From positions 234,920,001-234,984,000 of the forward strand of contig NC_086097.1 in NCBI RefSeq assembly GCF_963921235.1: a stretch of 64,000 bases of DNA, written 5' to 3'. A program made the position numbers and the translations under genes. Below are positions 23,260 to 37,259 of this stretch, in pieces. Under the pieces are notes generated by a model. It had not been told where the DNA came from and searched no databases. It worked only from the letters and a program-made list of their open reading frames with translations. Within the stretch, counting starts at the first letter, position 1. Each line of letters opens with the position of its first letter. This stretch comes from Mobula hypostoma (Eukaryota).

Positions 23260-24110
23260 AGGGTCAGAGCAGTACAAGGCCCTTTGCCCCACTGAGTCGA
23301 GGCCAACCGTGTGTCCTTGCAGTCATTACCAACTTCCTACGATTGGCCTATATTCCTCTAAGCTCCACTTCTGTATGAACTTATCTACTTGTTCCTTAAG
23401 CATTTTCCTAAACTACTTCCTCTGGCAGCTAATTCCATCTACTAACCATCATCTACAGGAAAATGTTACCCCTCAAGTCCTTCTTAAATATTTCCCCTCT
23501 TACCCTAAATCTACTCTCTCCCCCCATTTTGGATCCTTTACTTTGAGGAAACGACTTACCACCTGCCTTGTAGATGCCTCCTATAATTTTAAACATTTCT
23601 AAGGTAATCGCTTATTTTCGTATGCTCCAAAATATAAAGACCTAGTGTGGCCAACTTCTCTCTAACCCACACCCTTTAGTCCTGGCAACATTCTCAAATC
23701 TTCTATGCACTCTTTCCAGTTTAACCACATCTTTCCTTCAACTGGGTGATCAAAACGACACACAGTATGCCAAGTGTGGCCTCACCAGTGACGTGTAGAA
23801 CTGTAAACTAATATTCCAACTCGCATACTCAATGGTTTGACTGATGGCAGCCAACATGCCAAATGCCTTTTTCACCACCCTGTCTACCTGTGACTCCACT
23901 TTCAATTAACTATACACCTGTACCAAATCTCCCTGTTCTGCTACACTCCCTTGTGGCCCCATCATTCGCAAGTTCTACACTGATTTGACTTTCAAAAAAA
24001 TGCATTACTTCATACTAATCTGGATTAAAATCCATTTGCCACTCCTCAGCCAACTTCCTTAATTGATCAAAGTCTCCATGTAATCTATAATAATCTTCTT
24101 CACTGTTGTA
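23260..24110 (-). mobile_element. Degenerate CR1 3' fragment
   Basis: Minus strand LVRPHLAYCVSF and GGCCCTTTGCCC 3' hairpin remnant. Confidence 0.8.
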
Positions 24111-24111
24111 A

Positions 24112-24432
24112 TGTACAATAACCTATGGCGGATATCCATCATGTCTGACGATGACGGGAAAACTGTGCAGGCAAGTTTTAAAAAAGTGGAAAAGCCATTG
24201 CTCTGGAGCAGTTCCACTCTCTCAACTCAGAAGTCCGTGTCCAGTGGTATGAACAACTGTCAAAATCTAGGGTCTTCCTTGGTTGCAGTGGATGACCACG
24301 ACTGCCTCTGTGCCTTGTCATGCCCTTTGCTCTCCACGAAGTGTTACCATACCATCCTCCTGGTCGTTGGCTCTCTCTGCAGGCCTCACCATCCAGTCTG
24401 CCAGAGCTGACTTTGCACGCAAGGCCAGGCTT
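24112..24432 (-). mobile_element. Non-autonomous RTE-derived element related to 38345-38706
   Basis: Shares GGTCATCCACTGC, CCACTGGA and GAGAGAGTG blocks with the 38345 element. Confidence 0.6.
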
Positions 24433-27400
24433 TATCTATAATAAATAATTAAGGTATAATTTACACTCTGCTAGCCTGAAAAAGTCCAATTGTTTTATCT
24501 CTATGCAATAATTGATCTTCAATCCAGGCTAACATTTCTTTCAGTATGAGATCTTTAGATTAGATTAGAGGACAAGCAGTCCTCTTTTATTGTCATTTAG
24601 TACTGCATGCATTAAGAAATGATACAACGTTTTTCCAGAATGATATCACAGAAACACATGACAAACCAACTTAAAAAATAACAAAGACCACATAATTATA
24701 ACATATAGTTACAATAGTGCAAAGCAATACCGTAATTTGATAAGAACAGACCACAACACGGTAAAAGTCTCAAAGCCTCTCGATCTTATTTTGTACTTCA
24801 AACTCTTGTACAGAACTTTGTGAAAACCGATTTGAAAATCCAAATGCAATGAATCTACACATTCCTCCCAGTGGATTTTGCTTGTTACATTCTTGATCAG
24901 CTCTAGCAAATTTGTCAAACACAGTGTATCTTTCGTAAAACCATGTTTTCACTTAGTTCCATTACTTTAAGCTTCTCTAAATGACAAGTTATTTCTTCCT
25001 TGACTTGCTTAAATCAATGACCAATTACAGGCTCCAGCATCTTGCCAACGAGAGATGTTCGATTAACAGGCCTATAGCAATGCTCTTCTTGTCTCCTTTC
25101 TTGAACATTTGTCACATTTGTTGCTTTCTGTCTGCTAGTACTTCCTCAGAAATCAAAAGCACTTTGAAAAATCTCAAAGCCTTTAGGACTTCTCCTGCTG
25201 CTTCCTTTAAAACCCTCAGAATAGATCATTTGGACCTGATAACTTGTCTAATTAAGTCCAAGTAGTATTTCAGTACCTTGTCTCTATTACAAATTTGTCT
25301 ATACCATTTTCATGCCAGATTTAAAATTACTCAATCCCCACATGAAAAACCTTTATGACTATTTGATGTTCCTGTCCTTAAACCGATGGTCACCTTTCTT
25401 CTGTCTCCAAAATTAGGGCTATCTGAACATCAGAGGATTTGAAATTATTCTACATTGCCTACGCTAGGTACAAAGTTATTGGACATTCAGCTCGACTTCC
25501 ATAATTCAATTCCACTGGAGAAAAGCAGAATTTTGGAAGCAGAATACAAACAGACTCCATTTGTCCATTTGAAGCAAGAGACAGAAGACAAATTTCCACC
25601 CAGATTAGTAGTACCAACATAGGAAAAGTATCACTCTTGTAAATTAGAAGTTCAACTAAAGAAATTTTTTCCAAAATGCCTTGCAAATTACAGCTGTGCC
25701 TAAAATTAGAAGAGTTTTTTATGACATCAATCCTCCTAAAAATAAGCAATTGAGGGAAAAAAAATCAGCTTTAAGAATTCCAGATACAAGGTTTTGGTAG
25801 ATATGTTGTCGCGCAAAACAGTTATAGCTTTTAAAGAAACTTTCAGTTCTGAACTGATAATATGAATATGAGCACTTAGTTTCAGAGAAATATTCCATGG
25901 TTCTGATGCCAGGGCTGCAGGTTAGGAACGGAGCAGGAACACAGTCTATTTCCTGCACTTTAACAGCCTGCTTGCAAACAGCAGAATCAGAATCAAATTT
26001 ATTGTCGCCGACTAATACGTTGTGCAATTTGTTGTTTTGTGGCAGCAGTGCAATGCTACGAAATATTGCTATAGATCACAAAACAAATAGAGCAAAATAA
26101 CCAAGTTGTGTTCAGAGACCATTCAGAAATCTAATGCCCCAGGAGTTCTTCCTAAATCATTGTTTTATTTATTTATTCTGTGATACAGTACAGAGTAGGA
26201 CCGACCAGCCCTTCGAACCACGCTGCCCCAAGCAACTCACCTTCCTGATTAACCCTAACCCAATCCCAAAACAACTTATAATCACCAATTAACTATTGGT
26301 GATCAGCTTCCCTTCTGTGGACTCTGTTCACACTTCTCGTTACCTTGGTAAAACAGCCATTGCTGGACTCTGGGGAGGAAACTGGATCACCCTACATATT
26401 CTAAGGGAAGGATGTTTAGACACTCCTTACAGAATGATGCTGGAATTGAACTTTAAACTCTGAAATGCCCCGAGCTGTAATAACATCGCACAAATCTACC
26501 ATGAGTACTCAGGCTGCTCTATCTCCTCCCTGATGGTAGGAACAGGAGGATGTCCCATATTCTGAAATCCTTTGTGATAGATCGCCTTCTTGAGCCACCT
26601 CCTCTTGAAGATGTCCTCGACGGTGAGCAAAGTTGTGCCTGTGATGCACCTGGCCAGGTCTACAACCTGCTGCAGCCTCTTGTGATCCTGTGTATTAGCG
26701 CCTCCATATCAAGCTGTTACGCAAACAGAATGCTTGCCACTGTACAGCTATAGATATCTGGAAAAAGAGATCACTGGTGACACTTTAAGCTCCTAACCAA
26801 ATCACTAGAATGCCTTTTTACATGATTGCATCAATACAGCGCCCAGGATAAATCCTTCAAGATGTTGATACCCAGGAATTGAAACCATTCATTCTTTCCA
26901 CTGCTGATCCCTTAATGAGGAGAGGTGTGTGTTTTCACCCGTGCGTACACTACCTGAGGAAATTAAAGAAATTCGGTATGTCCCTTTTGTCTACCTCATT
27001 GCACTATTGTAATAAATTGATCTGTGTGATCAAAATGCAAGACAAATCATTTTTACATCTGACAGCAATAAACCAATTTAGGATTCCCTCCAAGTCAGAA
27101 AAATCCTGACCTGTACTTAATTTTGTTGTTCCTTCTAACGTTTTAACTTAGATTTTTATCAATGCATCCGTCCTGCATGCACCGTGGCTTCATGCATTGT
27201 GCATGACCATAGAAGCTGCAAGGAGTTGTGGACATGGCTCAGCACATCATGAAAATCAGCTTCCCTTCTGTGGACTCTGTTCACACCTCGATATCTTGGT
27301 AAAACAGGCAACATAATACTGCCATCGGGTAGGAGATACAGCAGCCTGAAAGCACATACCACCAGGCTCAACTTCTATCCCACTGATTTAAGACAATTCA

Positions 27401-27532
27401 ATGGTTCTCCAGCACAGCAAGATTGACTCATGACCTTACAATCTACTTGGATATATTTTTGCATATTATTATCTGCACTCTCTGTAACACTTTCCTCTGC
27501 AGTGTTATTACTTTGCCTTTTACTACCTCAGT

Positions 27533-29196
27533 AAGACCACAATACATAGGAGCATAATTAGGCCATCTGGCCCATCAAGTCTGCTCTGCCATTCAATCAT
27601 GGCTGATCCTTTTTTCTTCTCCTTTTCAACCCCAGGTCCTGGCCTTCTCCCCATAACCTTTGATGCCATATCCAGTCAAGAACCTATCAATCTCTGTCTT
27701 AAATACACCCAACGATCTGGCCTCCATAGCTGCATATAGCAACAAATTCACCACCATCTGGCTAAAGAAATTTCTCCGCATCTGTTTTGAAAGGGCGCCC
27801 CTCTATCCTGAGGCTGTGCCCTCTTGTCTTAGACCACCATGGGAGACATCCTTTCCACATCTACTGTCTATGCTTTTCAACATTCAAAAGGTTTCAATGA
27901 GATTTTGCTCCCCCCACGTACTTCTGAATTCCAGCAAGTACAGTCCCAGAGCCTTCAAACGTTCCTCGCATGATAACCCTTTCAATCCTGGTATCATCCT
28001 TGTGAACCTCCTCTGGACCCTCTCCAATGCCAGCACATATTTTCTAAGAATGATGGGCCTTAAACTGTTCACAATACTCAAGGTGAGGCCTCACCAGTGC
28101 CTCATAAAGCCTCAGCATTACATCCTTGCTCGAGTATTCTAGACCTCTTGAAATGAATGCTAACATGGCATTCGCCTTCCTCACCACCGAATGAACCTAC
28201 AAGTTAACCTTTAGGATGTTCTGCGCAGGGACTTCCAAGTCCCTTTGCATCTCAGATTTTTGGATTTTCTCCCGGTTTAGAAAGTAGTCCACACATTTAT
28301 TTCTGCTACCACAGTGCATGGCCATGCATTTTCCAACATTGTATTTCATTTGCCACTTCCTTGCTCATTCTCCTAATTTGTCTAAGTCCTTCTGCATCCT
28401 ACCGATTTCCTCAACACTACCTGCCCCTCCACCAATCTTCGCATCATCTGCAAACTTGGCAACAAAGCCATCTATTCCATCATCTAACTTGTTTATATAC
28501 AGCATAAAAAGAAGTGGTCCCAACACAGACCCCTACGGAAAACCACTAGTCACTGGCAGCCAACCTGAAAAGGATCTTTTTATTCCTTTTATGCTCTAAC
28601 CACGTTAGTAACTTTCCTGTAATTCCATCGGCTCTTAACTTGGTAAGTAGCCTCATGTGTGGCACCTTGTCAAAGGCCGTCTGAAAGTCCAAATATACAA
28701 CATCCACTGCATCCCTTTTATCTATCCTATAGGTAATTTACTCAAAGAATTCAATCAGGTTTGTCAGGCAGGATTTTTCCTGAATGACTTTGTACTATCT
28801 TGTCATGTGTCACCAAGTAATCTATTATCTCTTCCTTAAAAATTGACTCTAACATCTTCCCAACCACTGAGGTCAGGCTAACTGGTCTATAATTTCCTTT
28901 CTGCTGCATTCCTCCTTTCTTAAAGAGTGGAGTGACATCTGCAATTTTCCAGTCCTCTGGCACCATGCCAGAGTCCAATAATCATTTCTAATGCCACCAC
29001 GATCTCCAACACTACCTCCTTCAGAACGTTAGGGTGCAGTTCCTCTGGTCTGGCTGACTTATGCACCTTTTGGTTTTTCAGCATTTTCAGCAATTTCTCT
29101 CTTGTAACAGTAACTGCATCCACTTCTCACCTTCACACGTTACCAGATCAGGCATACTGCTAGTGTCTTCCACAATGAAGACTGGCGCAAAAATTA
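27533..29196 (-). mobile_element. Degenerate CR1 LINE RT to 3'UTR, inserted in a Rex1 tail
   Basis: VPEDWKIADVTPLFKKG, NYRPVSLTSVVGK and LERVQRRFTRMIPG motifs. Confidence 0.92.
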
Positions 29197-32100
29197 TAAT
29201 GCACTATTGTAGTAAATTGATCTATGATCAAAATGTAAAACAAGATATTTTTCAGTGTACCTCATCACATCTGACAATAATAAACCAATTTAGACTTCCC
29301 TCCAAGTACAGGTCAGGATTTCTGTGACTTCATTTTGATTCTTCCTTGTAACGTTTTAACTTAGAAAATAATTAAATTCAAAGCACATTTATTATCAAAG
29401 TACGTATTAATTATATAACCTTGAGATTTGCTTACGGGCAGCCATGAAATAAGAAACCCAAGAGAACCCAATTAAAAAAGACCGACACCCAATGTGCAGA
29501 AAGAAAAAAAAGCAAATCATGTAAATAAAAACAAGCAACAACATTCAGAACTGGAGTGAGCCCATAGACCCAAAGCCTGGAGAAGGCCCAATCCTTAGCC
29601 TCACTTTATCACCCAGCAGGGCAAATCATAGCGAAGTTTGCAGACACGAAGCCTGGAGCAGCTCGAGCAGGACATTGTTTCTGCACTGTGGAGCAGTACA
29701 GGCCTGACACCCTGCCTTCTTAGTCCATGTGGCCCAGAATTTAAATTGTCCTCCCTTGCACTAGGCCTAGGGCCCAGGCCCTGCCACATCGTTACACTCT
29801 GGGCCAGGAGCTCACTGCTATGTTCTGGCCTGCATCTGAACCTTCCAAATTGGCCTGGCACTTAGATCAATCCAACCTCACAGGCTCCAAAACTCATCAT
29901 TTCTGAATTTCCTCTGCTCCACTCACTCCAGCCGAACTCAGTCTTGAACATGCTTAACCTCGCTCTGAACTTGCATCGCACCTGCACACCTTGAACTTCA
30001 AGTCAGTAACTCTTCATTGTTTGTGGTGGCAGCTTTCCACACAAAAAAGGAGTTTATTAATAAAATACTTCATCATATTTCTTGGTTTATGAACCACCAG
30101 TAAGCTGTTGCCCATCTTCAGTAGTGCCATCTGGAAGCTTAAGATAGAAATTAAAATAGAACAGCAACCACCCCCTTCAGCCCTCAGTGTTGTGTCGAAA
30201 CAACATCCCCACTCAATAACAAACAGAACTACAGTACTTCAAGAAGACAGCTCATTACCACTTCCTGAAAAGCGATTAAGAAGAATAAATTCTAACCTTT
30301 TCAATGATTGACAAGTCCAATTAGTAACAAAAAATTAGAAGCATTTCTTAATATTGTTTCTATGTCTACTATAAAACAATAATGCCATATGCCAACTTTA
30401 AATAACTGCAAAAATCACAGGGAGCCACGATAGATTGCATTTAATACCTCATAGTTACTCAGAGTTTATCATAATGAGATGGCTTCCAGCAAATTAGAAT
30501 ACCACATGACAGCTAGTGAGGACTCACACCAGCAAGAATCTTGTACCTGCACAAAGGAAGAACAGGTGCTTCTTCAAGAAGCAGTGAAATCTCAGAGGAC
30601 TGATTGTGGCAGTGATACATCTGCACACAGGATAGTCTCCACCACAGGTAGGTTTGATTATCTCTGCCAAATACCAGCAGACAGCCCGCATCTTGAAAAG
30701 CAACAGAAGCCAAGATCCATGTTCAACACAAGAAAGCAAGTTATTTGCCTTCAATCCTATTAGAAGGCTAGAAGGTTCTGAAGCAAAGCTTTATGGACTT
30801 GCAGGCCACATGCACCTGAAAAAAGTGTGCAATAGGCTGGCTGATGAGCTATTAATGAGCATTAGGATATCAGTTGGCTGTTTGATGAAAGAACTTGATC
30901 ATCTAATTATTTGGGATGATTACAAAAAAAAATGTAGGTGCTGCAAAGCTGGATTTACAAACAGAAAAAGCTGGAGATTCAGATCAGCTAAGGCAATTTT
31001 CATGGAAAGGGAGACAGAGAGTAATTGCCTCAATTCAATGATCATTCATCAGCACCATATACAGTTAACATATTCATGTCACAAACAAGAGAAAATCTGC
31101 AGAAGCTGGGAACCTAAGCAACACACATACACACAAACTGCTGGAGGAACTCAGCAGGCCAGGCAGTATCTATGGAAAAGAGAACAGTTGACATTTTGGC
31201 ACAAAATGTTCATAACAAGGTAAACTGTGAGATCAAGAGTCTATCTTATACTAATCAACGGTTTTGTTAAGTTGACTCTGTCACTTAGTTAATGCTTTTT
31301 TGTAAGACATAATTCAGGATTTTATAAGTAACAGAGGGATGATGGGTTGAAGCAAAAAGACCATGGGTATAATGAAAAAACAAACATTTGGTTTGGAAAT
31401 GCAAATGGAGCAACAGAAACATCATCTGAAATTGCTGACTGTTTGGCCACACAATTGTGTGAGGAGCTCTCAGAAGTTGTGGAGGGTGATTGAAAGAAAG
31501 TGAAATCGATGTTGATTTATTGTGATATCCACAAGTACATGTATGCAGAGGTGCAATGAAAAACTTATGTGCAGCAGCATCACAAACATGTAGCATCAAA
31601 TAAGCAGCATTCACAAGAAGAACATAAATTATATGTGATCCTTACAAGAAAGTACATAATTAGAAATTAAAAAAACAAGGTTTGTTGTAGTGCAAAGTCA
31701 TCAAAATGGTCATAATCTAGCTATGTTGAGGAAGAGGTGAGGGTTGCACCAATTGGTTCAAAATCCAAATGGTTAAAAGGAGGTAGATATTTTTGAATCA
31801 GGCCATGTGGGGCTTCAGGCTTCTGTATCTCTTGCCTGATGGTATCTGCAAGAAGATGACAAGGGCATATTTGATGAACAATATTGTCCTCTTGAGGCAA
31901 TGGTGGGGAAGCATATGCCTATGATGTATTGGGCTGAATCTACAGATCGCTGCAACTTCTTATGCTCCGTGCATCCAAACTGGTGGGGCAGAAAGAGAAA
32001 ACAAAAGAACCCTCGTTGTATTGTTGGGAAGGAGTGACAGAGAACAGAGTTGAGTGAAGGAAACTGCAATGTAATCAAGGATTTAGAGTGATGAACTCTA

Positions 32101-33019
32101 CCTGTCAAATGTACATCAAAACATTGAAGCATACTTCCATGCTTCTGGCATTAACCTAGAATGCCCACGAGGTACTAAACCTAACCGTGTGTCTCTAAAA
32201 TGGGTGAGGAAATCCATACAGTCACGGGGAGAATGCAGAAGCTCCTTACAGGACAGTGGTGGGAGTTGAACCCCGATAAGTGATCACTGGTGCTGTAAAA
32301 TGATTGTGCTAACCACTACGCTACAGTGCAATCTTGACTCTGCAATTTTAAAATGCAGGAAAAGGATGCCATGTTAGAAGCAGTATTGCTGGACATGAGA
32401 GAAACCAAGAAACTTGGAGATTGGAGTGGTGTTCTCATAGGAAGAAGGTGGGAGGAACTGGTTAAATTAACCAGGTGGATAACTGGTTAAGGAACTCTGG
32501 TTAAGTAACTTAAAGAGTTAGAGGCATTAAATATTGATTCAACCTGTAGCACATACAGTCTATGAATAAATAATATGTTAAAAAGGTCCCTGATTTTTAT
32601 TCAGAAGACCATTTAAAGATAGCTGGTTTTAAAATTGAAGAAGTGTTAAGATTAAAAATTAGCTTTATTTGTCAAATGTACATTGAAACATCAAAATATA
32701 TGATGAGATGCACCATTTGCATTAATGACCAACACAGCTCGAGTATGTGTGGGGGTGTGGGGTGGGGGAGCAGCTCACAAGTGTTGCTGTACTTCTGGCG
32801 CCAGCATAGCGTGTCTACAACTTACTAACCAGGGCGTCTTAAGAATGCAGAAAGAAACTGGAGAACTTGGAGGAAACCCACGCGTTCACAGGGAGAATGT
32901 TCAGACAGTGGCAGGAATTGAACCCCCATCACTGGTGCTGCAGAGTTTTATGTTAACTGCTATGCTACCATGCTGCCCCAGTGAGAACTGCAAATGAGGC
33001 ACCTCTCCAAGTGGTCTCA

Positions 33020-34975
33020 TTAACACAAGAAATTCTGCAGATGCTGAAAATCCAAAGCAACGCACTCAAAATGCTGGAGGAACTAGGGAGGACAGATATC
33101 ATCTATGGAAATGAAAAAAAAAATTGAAGTGTCGGGCTGAGACCCTTCTTCAGGACTGAAAAGGAAGGGGGAAGTTGCCAGAATAAAAAAGTGAGGAGAA
33201 GGGAAGGAGGATAACTGGAAGGTGAACCCAGATGGGTAGGAAAGATAAAGGGCCAGAAAGGAAGGAGAGTGGACCATAGGAGAAAAGGAAGAAGGAGAGG
33301 ACCTAGGCAGAGGTGATAGGCAAGTATCACCTCTGTTAAGAGGCCAGAGTAGGAATAGAAGAAGAAAGGAGGGGGAGGGAGAATTTTTTCACCAGAAGGA
33401 GAAATCGATATTCATGCCATCAGTCTGGAGGCTTCCCAGACAGAATATTCCTCACTACAGGAAGGATGTGGAAACCATAAAAAGGGTGCAGAGGAGAGTT
33501 ACAAGGATGTTACCTGGATTGGGGAGCATGTCTTGTGAGAATAGGTTGAGTGAAATCAGCCTTTTCTCCTTGGAGCGACGGAGGATGAGAGGTGACCTGA
33601 TAGAGGTGTACAAGATAATGAGAGGTGTGGATCATGTGGATAGTCAGAGATTTTTCCTAGGGCTGAAATGGCTAACACAAGAGGGCATAGTCTTAAGGTG
33701 CTTGGAAGTAGGTACAGAGGGGATGTCAGGGGTAAGTTTTTTTACACAGAGAATGATGAGTGCGTGAAATGGGCTGCTGGTGGCGGTGGTGGAGGCGGAA
33801 ACGATAGGGTCTTTTAAGAGACTCCTGGATGATACATGGAGCTTAGAAAAGTAGAGGGCTATGGGTAAGCCTAGGTAGTTCTAAGGTAAGGACATGTTCG
33901 GCACAGCTTTGTGGGCCAAAGAGCCTGAATTGTGCTGTAGGTTTTCTATGTATCTATGTTTCTATATTAGGTGATGCTGCTCCACTCTGAGGGTGGCCTC
34001 ATCTTACCACAAGAGGAGGCCATGGATTGAAATGTTCCTGGTCTCCTCTTGTGCCAAGATAAGTCCCCCCACCACCCCCCAACCCCAGGTGGGAGGAGCA
34101 ACACCTTATATTTGGAATGAGAATGGGAATTAGAGTTAAAATGTTTGGCCACTGGGAAGATCTGCTATTGACGGTTGGAGTGGAGGTACGACGAAGCAGG
34201 GTCCCCAGTTTACGATGGGTCACACCAGCGTAGAGGAGGCTGCATCAGAAGCACCGGACACAACAGATGGCCCCAGCAGATTTGCAGGTGACATGTTGCC
34301 TCGCCTGGAAGGACTGTCTGGGGCCCTGAATGGAGGTGAGGGAGGAAGTGAATGGGTAGGATCAAGTGCCAGAAGGGAGACTAGCAGGGAGAGCCAAATG
34401 GACAAGGGAATTATGGAGGGAGCGGTCCCTGCAGAAAGCGGGGGGTGGGAGGTAAAGATATATTTGGTGGTAGGATTCCTTTGGAGAATATGGATGTCAC
34501 AGAGGATAACGTGTTTGAAGCGAAGGTCCATGTAGTGGCAGGCAAAGACAAGAGGAACACTATGAATGTTAAGGTGGCAGGAAGATGGGGTGAGAGTAGA
34601 TGTCTGGGAAATGCAGGAGATGCAAGTGAGGGCAACATCAATGTTGGGGAAAGGGAAACCCCATTCTTTGAAGTAGGAGGACATCTCTGGTATGCTGGAA
34701 AGTAAAGCCACATCCACCGAACAGAGACGGCAGAGCTGAAGGAACTGAGAAAAGGGAATAGTATTCCTTCCTCTCCAGCCCTTTATCTTCCCTACTCACC
34801 TGGCTTCACCTATCACCTTCTAGCTATCCTCCTTCTCTTCTCCACACCTTTTTATTCTGGCATCTTACCCCTTCCTTTCCAGCCTTGAGGAAGTGTCTTG
34901 GCCCAAAATGTTGACTGTTTATTCATTTCCATAGATGCTGCCTGACCTGCTGAGTTTCTCCAGCATTTTGCTTGT
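33020..34975 (-). mobile_element. Penelope-like element (UTR 33020-33449, ORF relic 33964-34760, inverted plus-strand pLTR 34764-34975), split by a CR1
   Basis: AKHFNSNSHSHS GIY-YIG piece and EMSSYFKEWGFP...VPLVFACH...HVILCDIHILQRNPTTKYIF linker. Decayed hammerheads at about 33124-33158 (-) and 34882-34917 (+). Confidence 0.82.
33450..33963 (+). mobile_element. CR1 3' fragment nested in the Penelope-like element
   Basis: PHYRKDVETIKRVQRRVTRMLPG and TTTCTATG tail. Possible ATATT TSD at 33445-49 and 33964-68. Same subfamily as 5290-5785. Confidence 0.9.
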
Positions 34976-35384
34976 GATGTTTCACCTTTCATTTTGTACT
35001 TGACCAAATCCATACAACAAGAGTACTGGGACTTTGGAGATGGTGCAGAAGAGGCTCACAATAATGTTGCCTAGAAGAGAGTATTAGCTGTTAAGGAGAG
35101 TCTAGACAAATTTGGAATGCTTTTCTCTGGAATGTCAGAGGCTAGGGACAAATTGATAGAAATATATAACATTTTGGGAAGTGTAGTTAGAGTAGAATGA
35201 GTCTTTCCGAGGATGGAAAAGTCAAATACATCGTTTTAAGATGAGCAAGGTAAAGGAAATTAGCGAAGCAACTTTTTATACAGAGAGTGGTAAGTACTTG
35301 GAATGTTCTGCTAGGGTGGTACTGGAAGCAGTTACTATAGTTACATGTAGATACTGACTATATGCAGGCATACAGATTGAGTTG

Positions 35385-35967
35385 TGTTATAGTGCATTAG
35401 ATTTTGTAACAATATTAAATAAAAATCTGAACAATTCCAAGTGACACTTTATCTCTTTGAGAGCTCGCAGCATGAACGGTGTCTGTTCAAGTTAAACACT
35501 GTAGGTTTGTTAGATGTTTGTTAATAGTGGCTGGACTCTTTCTTGGCCTCAAGACACCAGTGACATGAGAACAATAGACTAAAGCGTTTCTGGCTCTGAG
35601 TGACTCTCGATGCTTGTGAATTGAGCCCCACTTTATTGAGGCACCTTTCCTTGGTTCTTGGAACTTCACATAGACCAAGGAATCACGATCAATCAGTGCC
35701 TAAGATGGATCCAGAGTGAATTCACGAGTCGGAATTCGGAGATCCCCTGACAACAGCGACAACCAAGAACTATGAGCCCTGAAATCTTCAAGGAAATCTT
35801 TGTAACTTACTACATAGTATTTAGTGTGGTTTATTTGAGCTTTCTGCTTTATAATATTAAATTAGGCTTGAGTTACTTTGTAGTGCGTGAACATTTATTA
35901 CCACATCTCCTGGACACTCAAACTTGTTTGGGTCTTTTGTGCCTGATCAACTCAGCCCATGAAACTA
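35385..35967. mobile_element. Probable old solo LTR interrupting a CR1 3'UTR
   Basis: Starts TGTTAT and ends GAAACTA. CR1 3'UTR (GATTGAGTT|TAAGTTG...GTGGGCCAAAGG) is split around it. Termini are imperfect. Confidence 0.35.
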
Positions 35968-36503
35968 GTTTAAGTTGATCAGCACGAATTGTGGGCCAAA
36001 GGATATACTGCTGTTCAATATTCTGCTCTATGTTCTATCCTTTTATGTAGAAATTCCAAAATGAGGGAGAGTCGAGACTTTTATAATCTGGATCCAGTTT
36101 TAACCAAGTCGTCAGAGCTCCAAGGACTCTATACTACAGTACCCCATCTTTGTCTGCTTCTCCTTCAGAGTAACAACTAAATTAGAAAATTTCGAGGTAG
36201 AGGAAGTTGTCCTAAGTTTTTTTTCTGCCCTACTGATTGATGATTTGATGCAACAGAGGCAAAATAATTCCATGGAACTTTGAACAGTAAGTGAGATCAA
36301 CATACAGTAAAAGTTAATCTTCTCGAACTTAGGGTATATACTGTTGCTCTGGATCGAAGGGTCTTCATTTCACTTCTGTCTAGTGATTCAGTCGTGGTCA
36401 ATGAGAACAAAGTTTGGAACCGCAGACCCGTCCACAGATGGATTTTGTAGTGATGTACACAAAGTTCAATGTAAATTTATTATCAAAGTACATACAGTAT
36501 ATG

Positions 36504-36592
36504 AGTCCTGAAGAAGGGTCTCGGCCTGAAATGTCAACTGTTTACTCTTTTCCATAGATGCTGCCTGACCATCTGAGTTCCTCTAGCATTTT
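36504..36592 (+). mobile_element. Short Penelope pLTR fragment starting exactly at a hammerhead motif (36504-36539)
   Basis: AGTC-CTGAAGA-AGGGTCTCGGCCT-GAAAT-GTC-AACT followed by ATAGATGCTGCCTGACC. Confidence 0.72.
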
Positions 36593-37259
36593 AGACCACA
36601 TGATCATGAGACCATAAGATATAGGAGCAGAATTAGGCCATTTGGCCCATTGCATCTGCTCTGCCATTTCATCATGGCTGATCCAATTTTCCTCTCAGCC
36701 CCAATCTCCTGCCTTCTCCCCCATCCCTTCATGCCCCAACCAATCACGAATCTATCAAACTCTGTCTTAAATTTTGTATGGGTTACTTTCAATTTCCAGC
36801 ATCTACAAACTTTCTCATGTTCACAGTATCTGCTACCATGTACTACTCTGAGATTCATTTGCTTGAAGGCATTCACAGTAGAGCAAAGAAATATAGTAGA
36901 GCCAACAAAAACCTACACAGAAAGACGGACAAACAACCAGTGTGCAAAAGGGGGTCTGTATCAACTACTTTTGTTAGGTTTTTCCATTCGTGGGCATTGG
37001 GATTTCCATACCAGGCTGTGATGTAACTAGTCACGATATTCTCCACTGTGCATCCATAGAAATTAGTCAATATTTTAGATGACATGCCAAATCTGTGGTG
37101 GTACTTTTATGACTAACACAGAGGTTCTGTGTATGCCCAGTGAATACCTCAGTTTCTCAAAGCCATCCTGAATGCTGCTTGTGCATTTAGAGAGGTCATA
37201 GGCCAGACAGCCCTCGGAATAAGTAGGGACGTAATTGCTGAATGACAATTTGAACATAC

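Noticed and set aside
30654..31223. 189-aa ORF as a host gene
   Set aside because: Non-ATG start, no recognisable domain, and C-terminus derived from a Penelope fragment.
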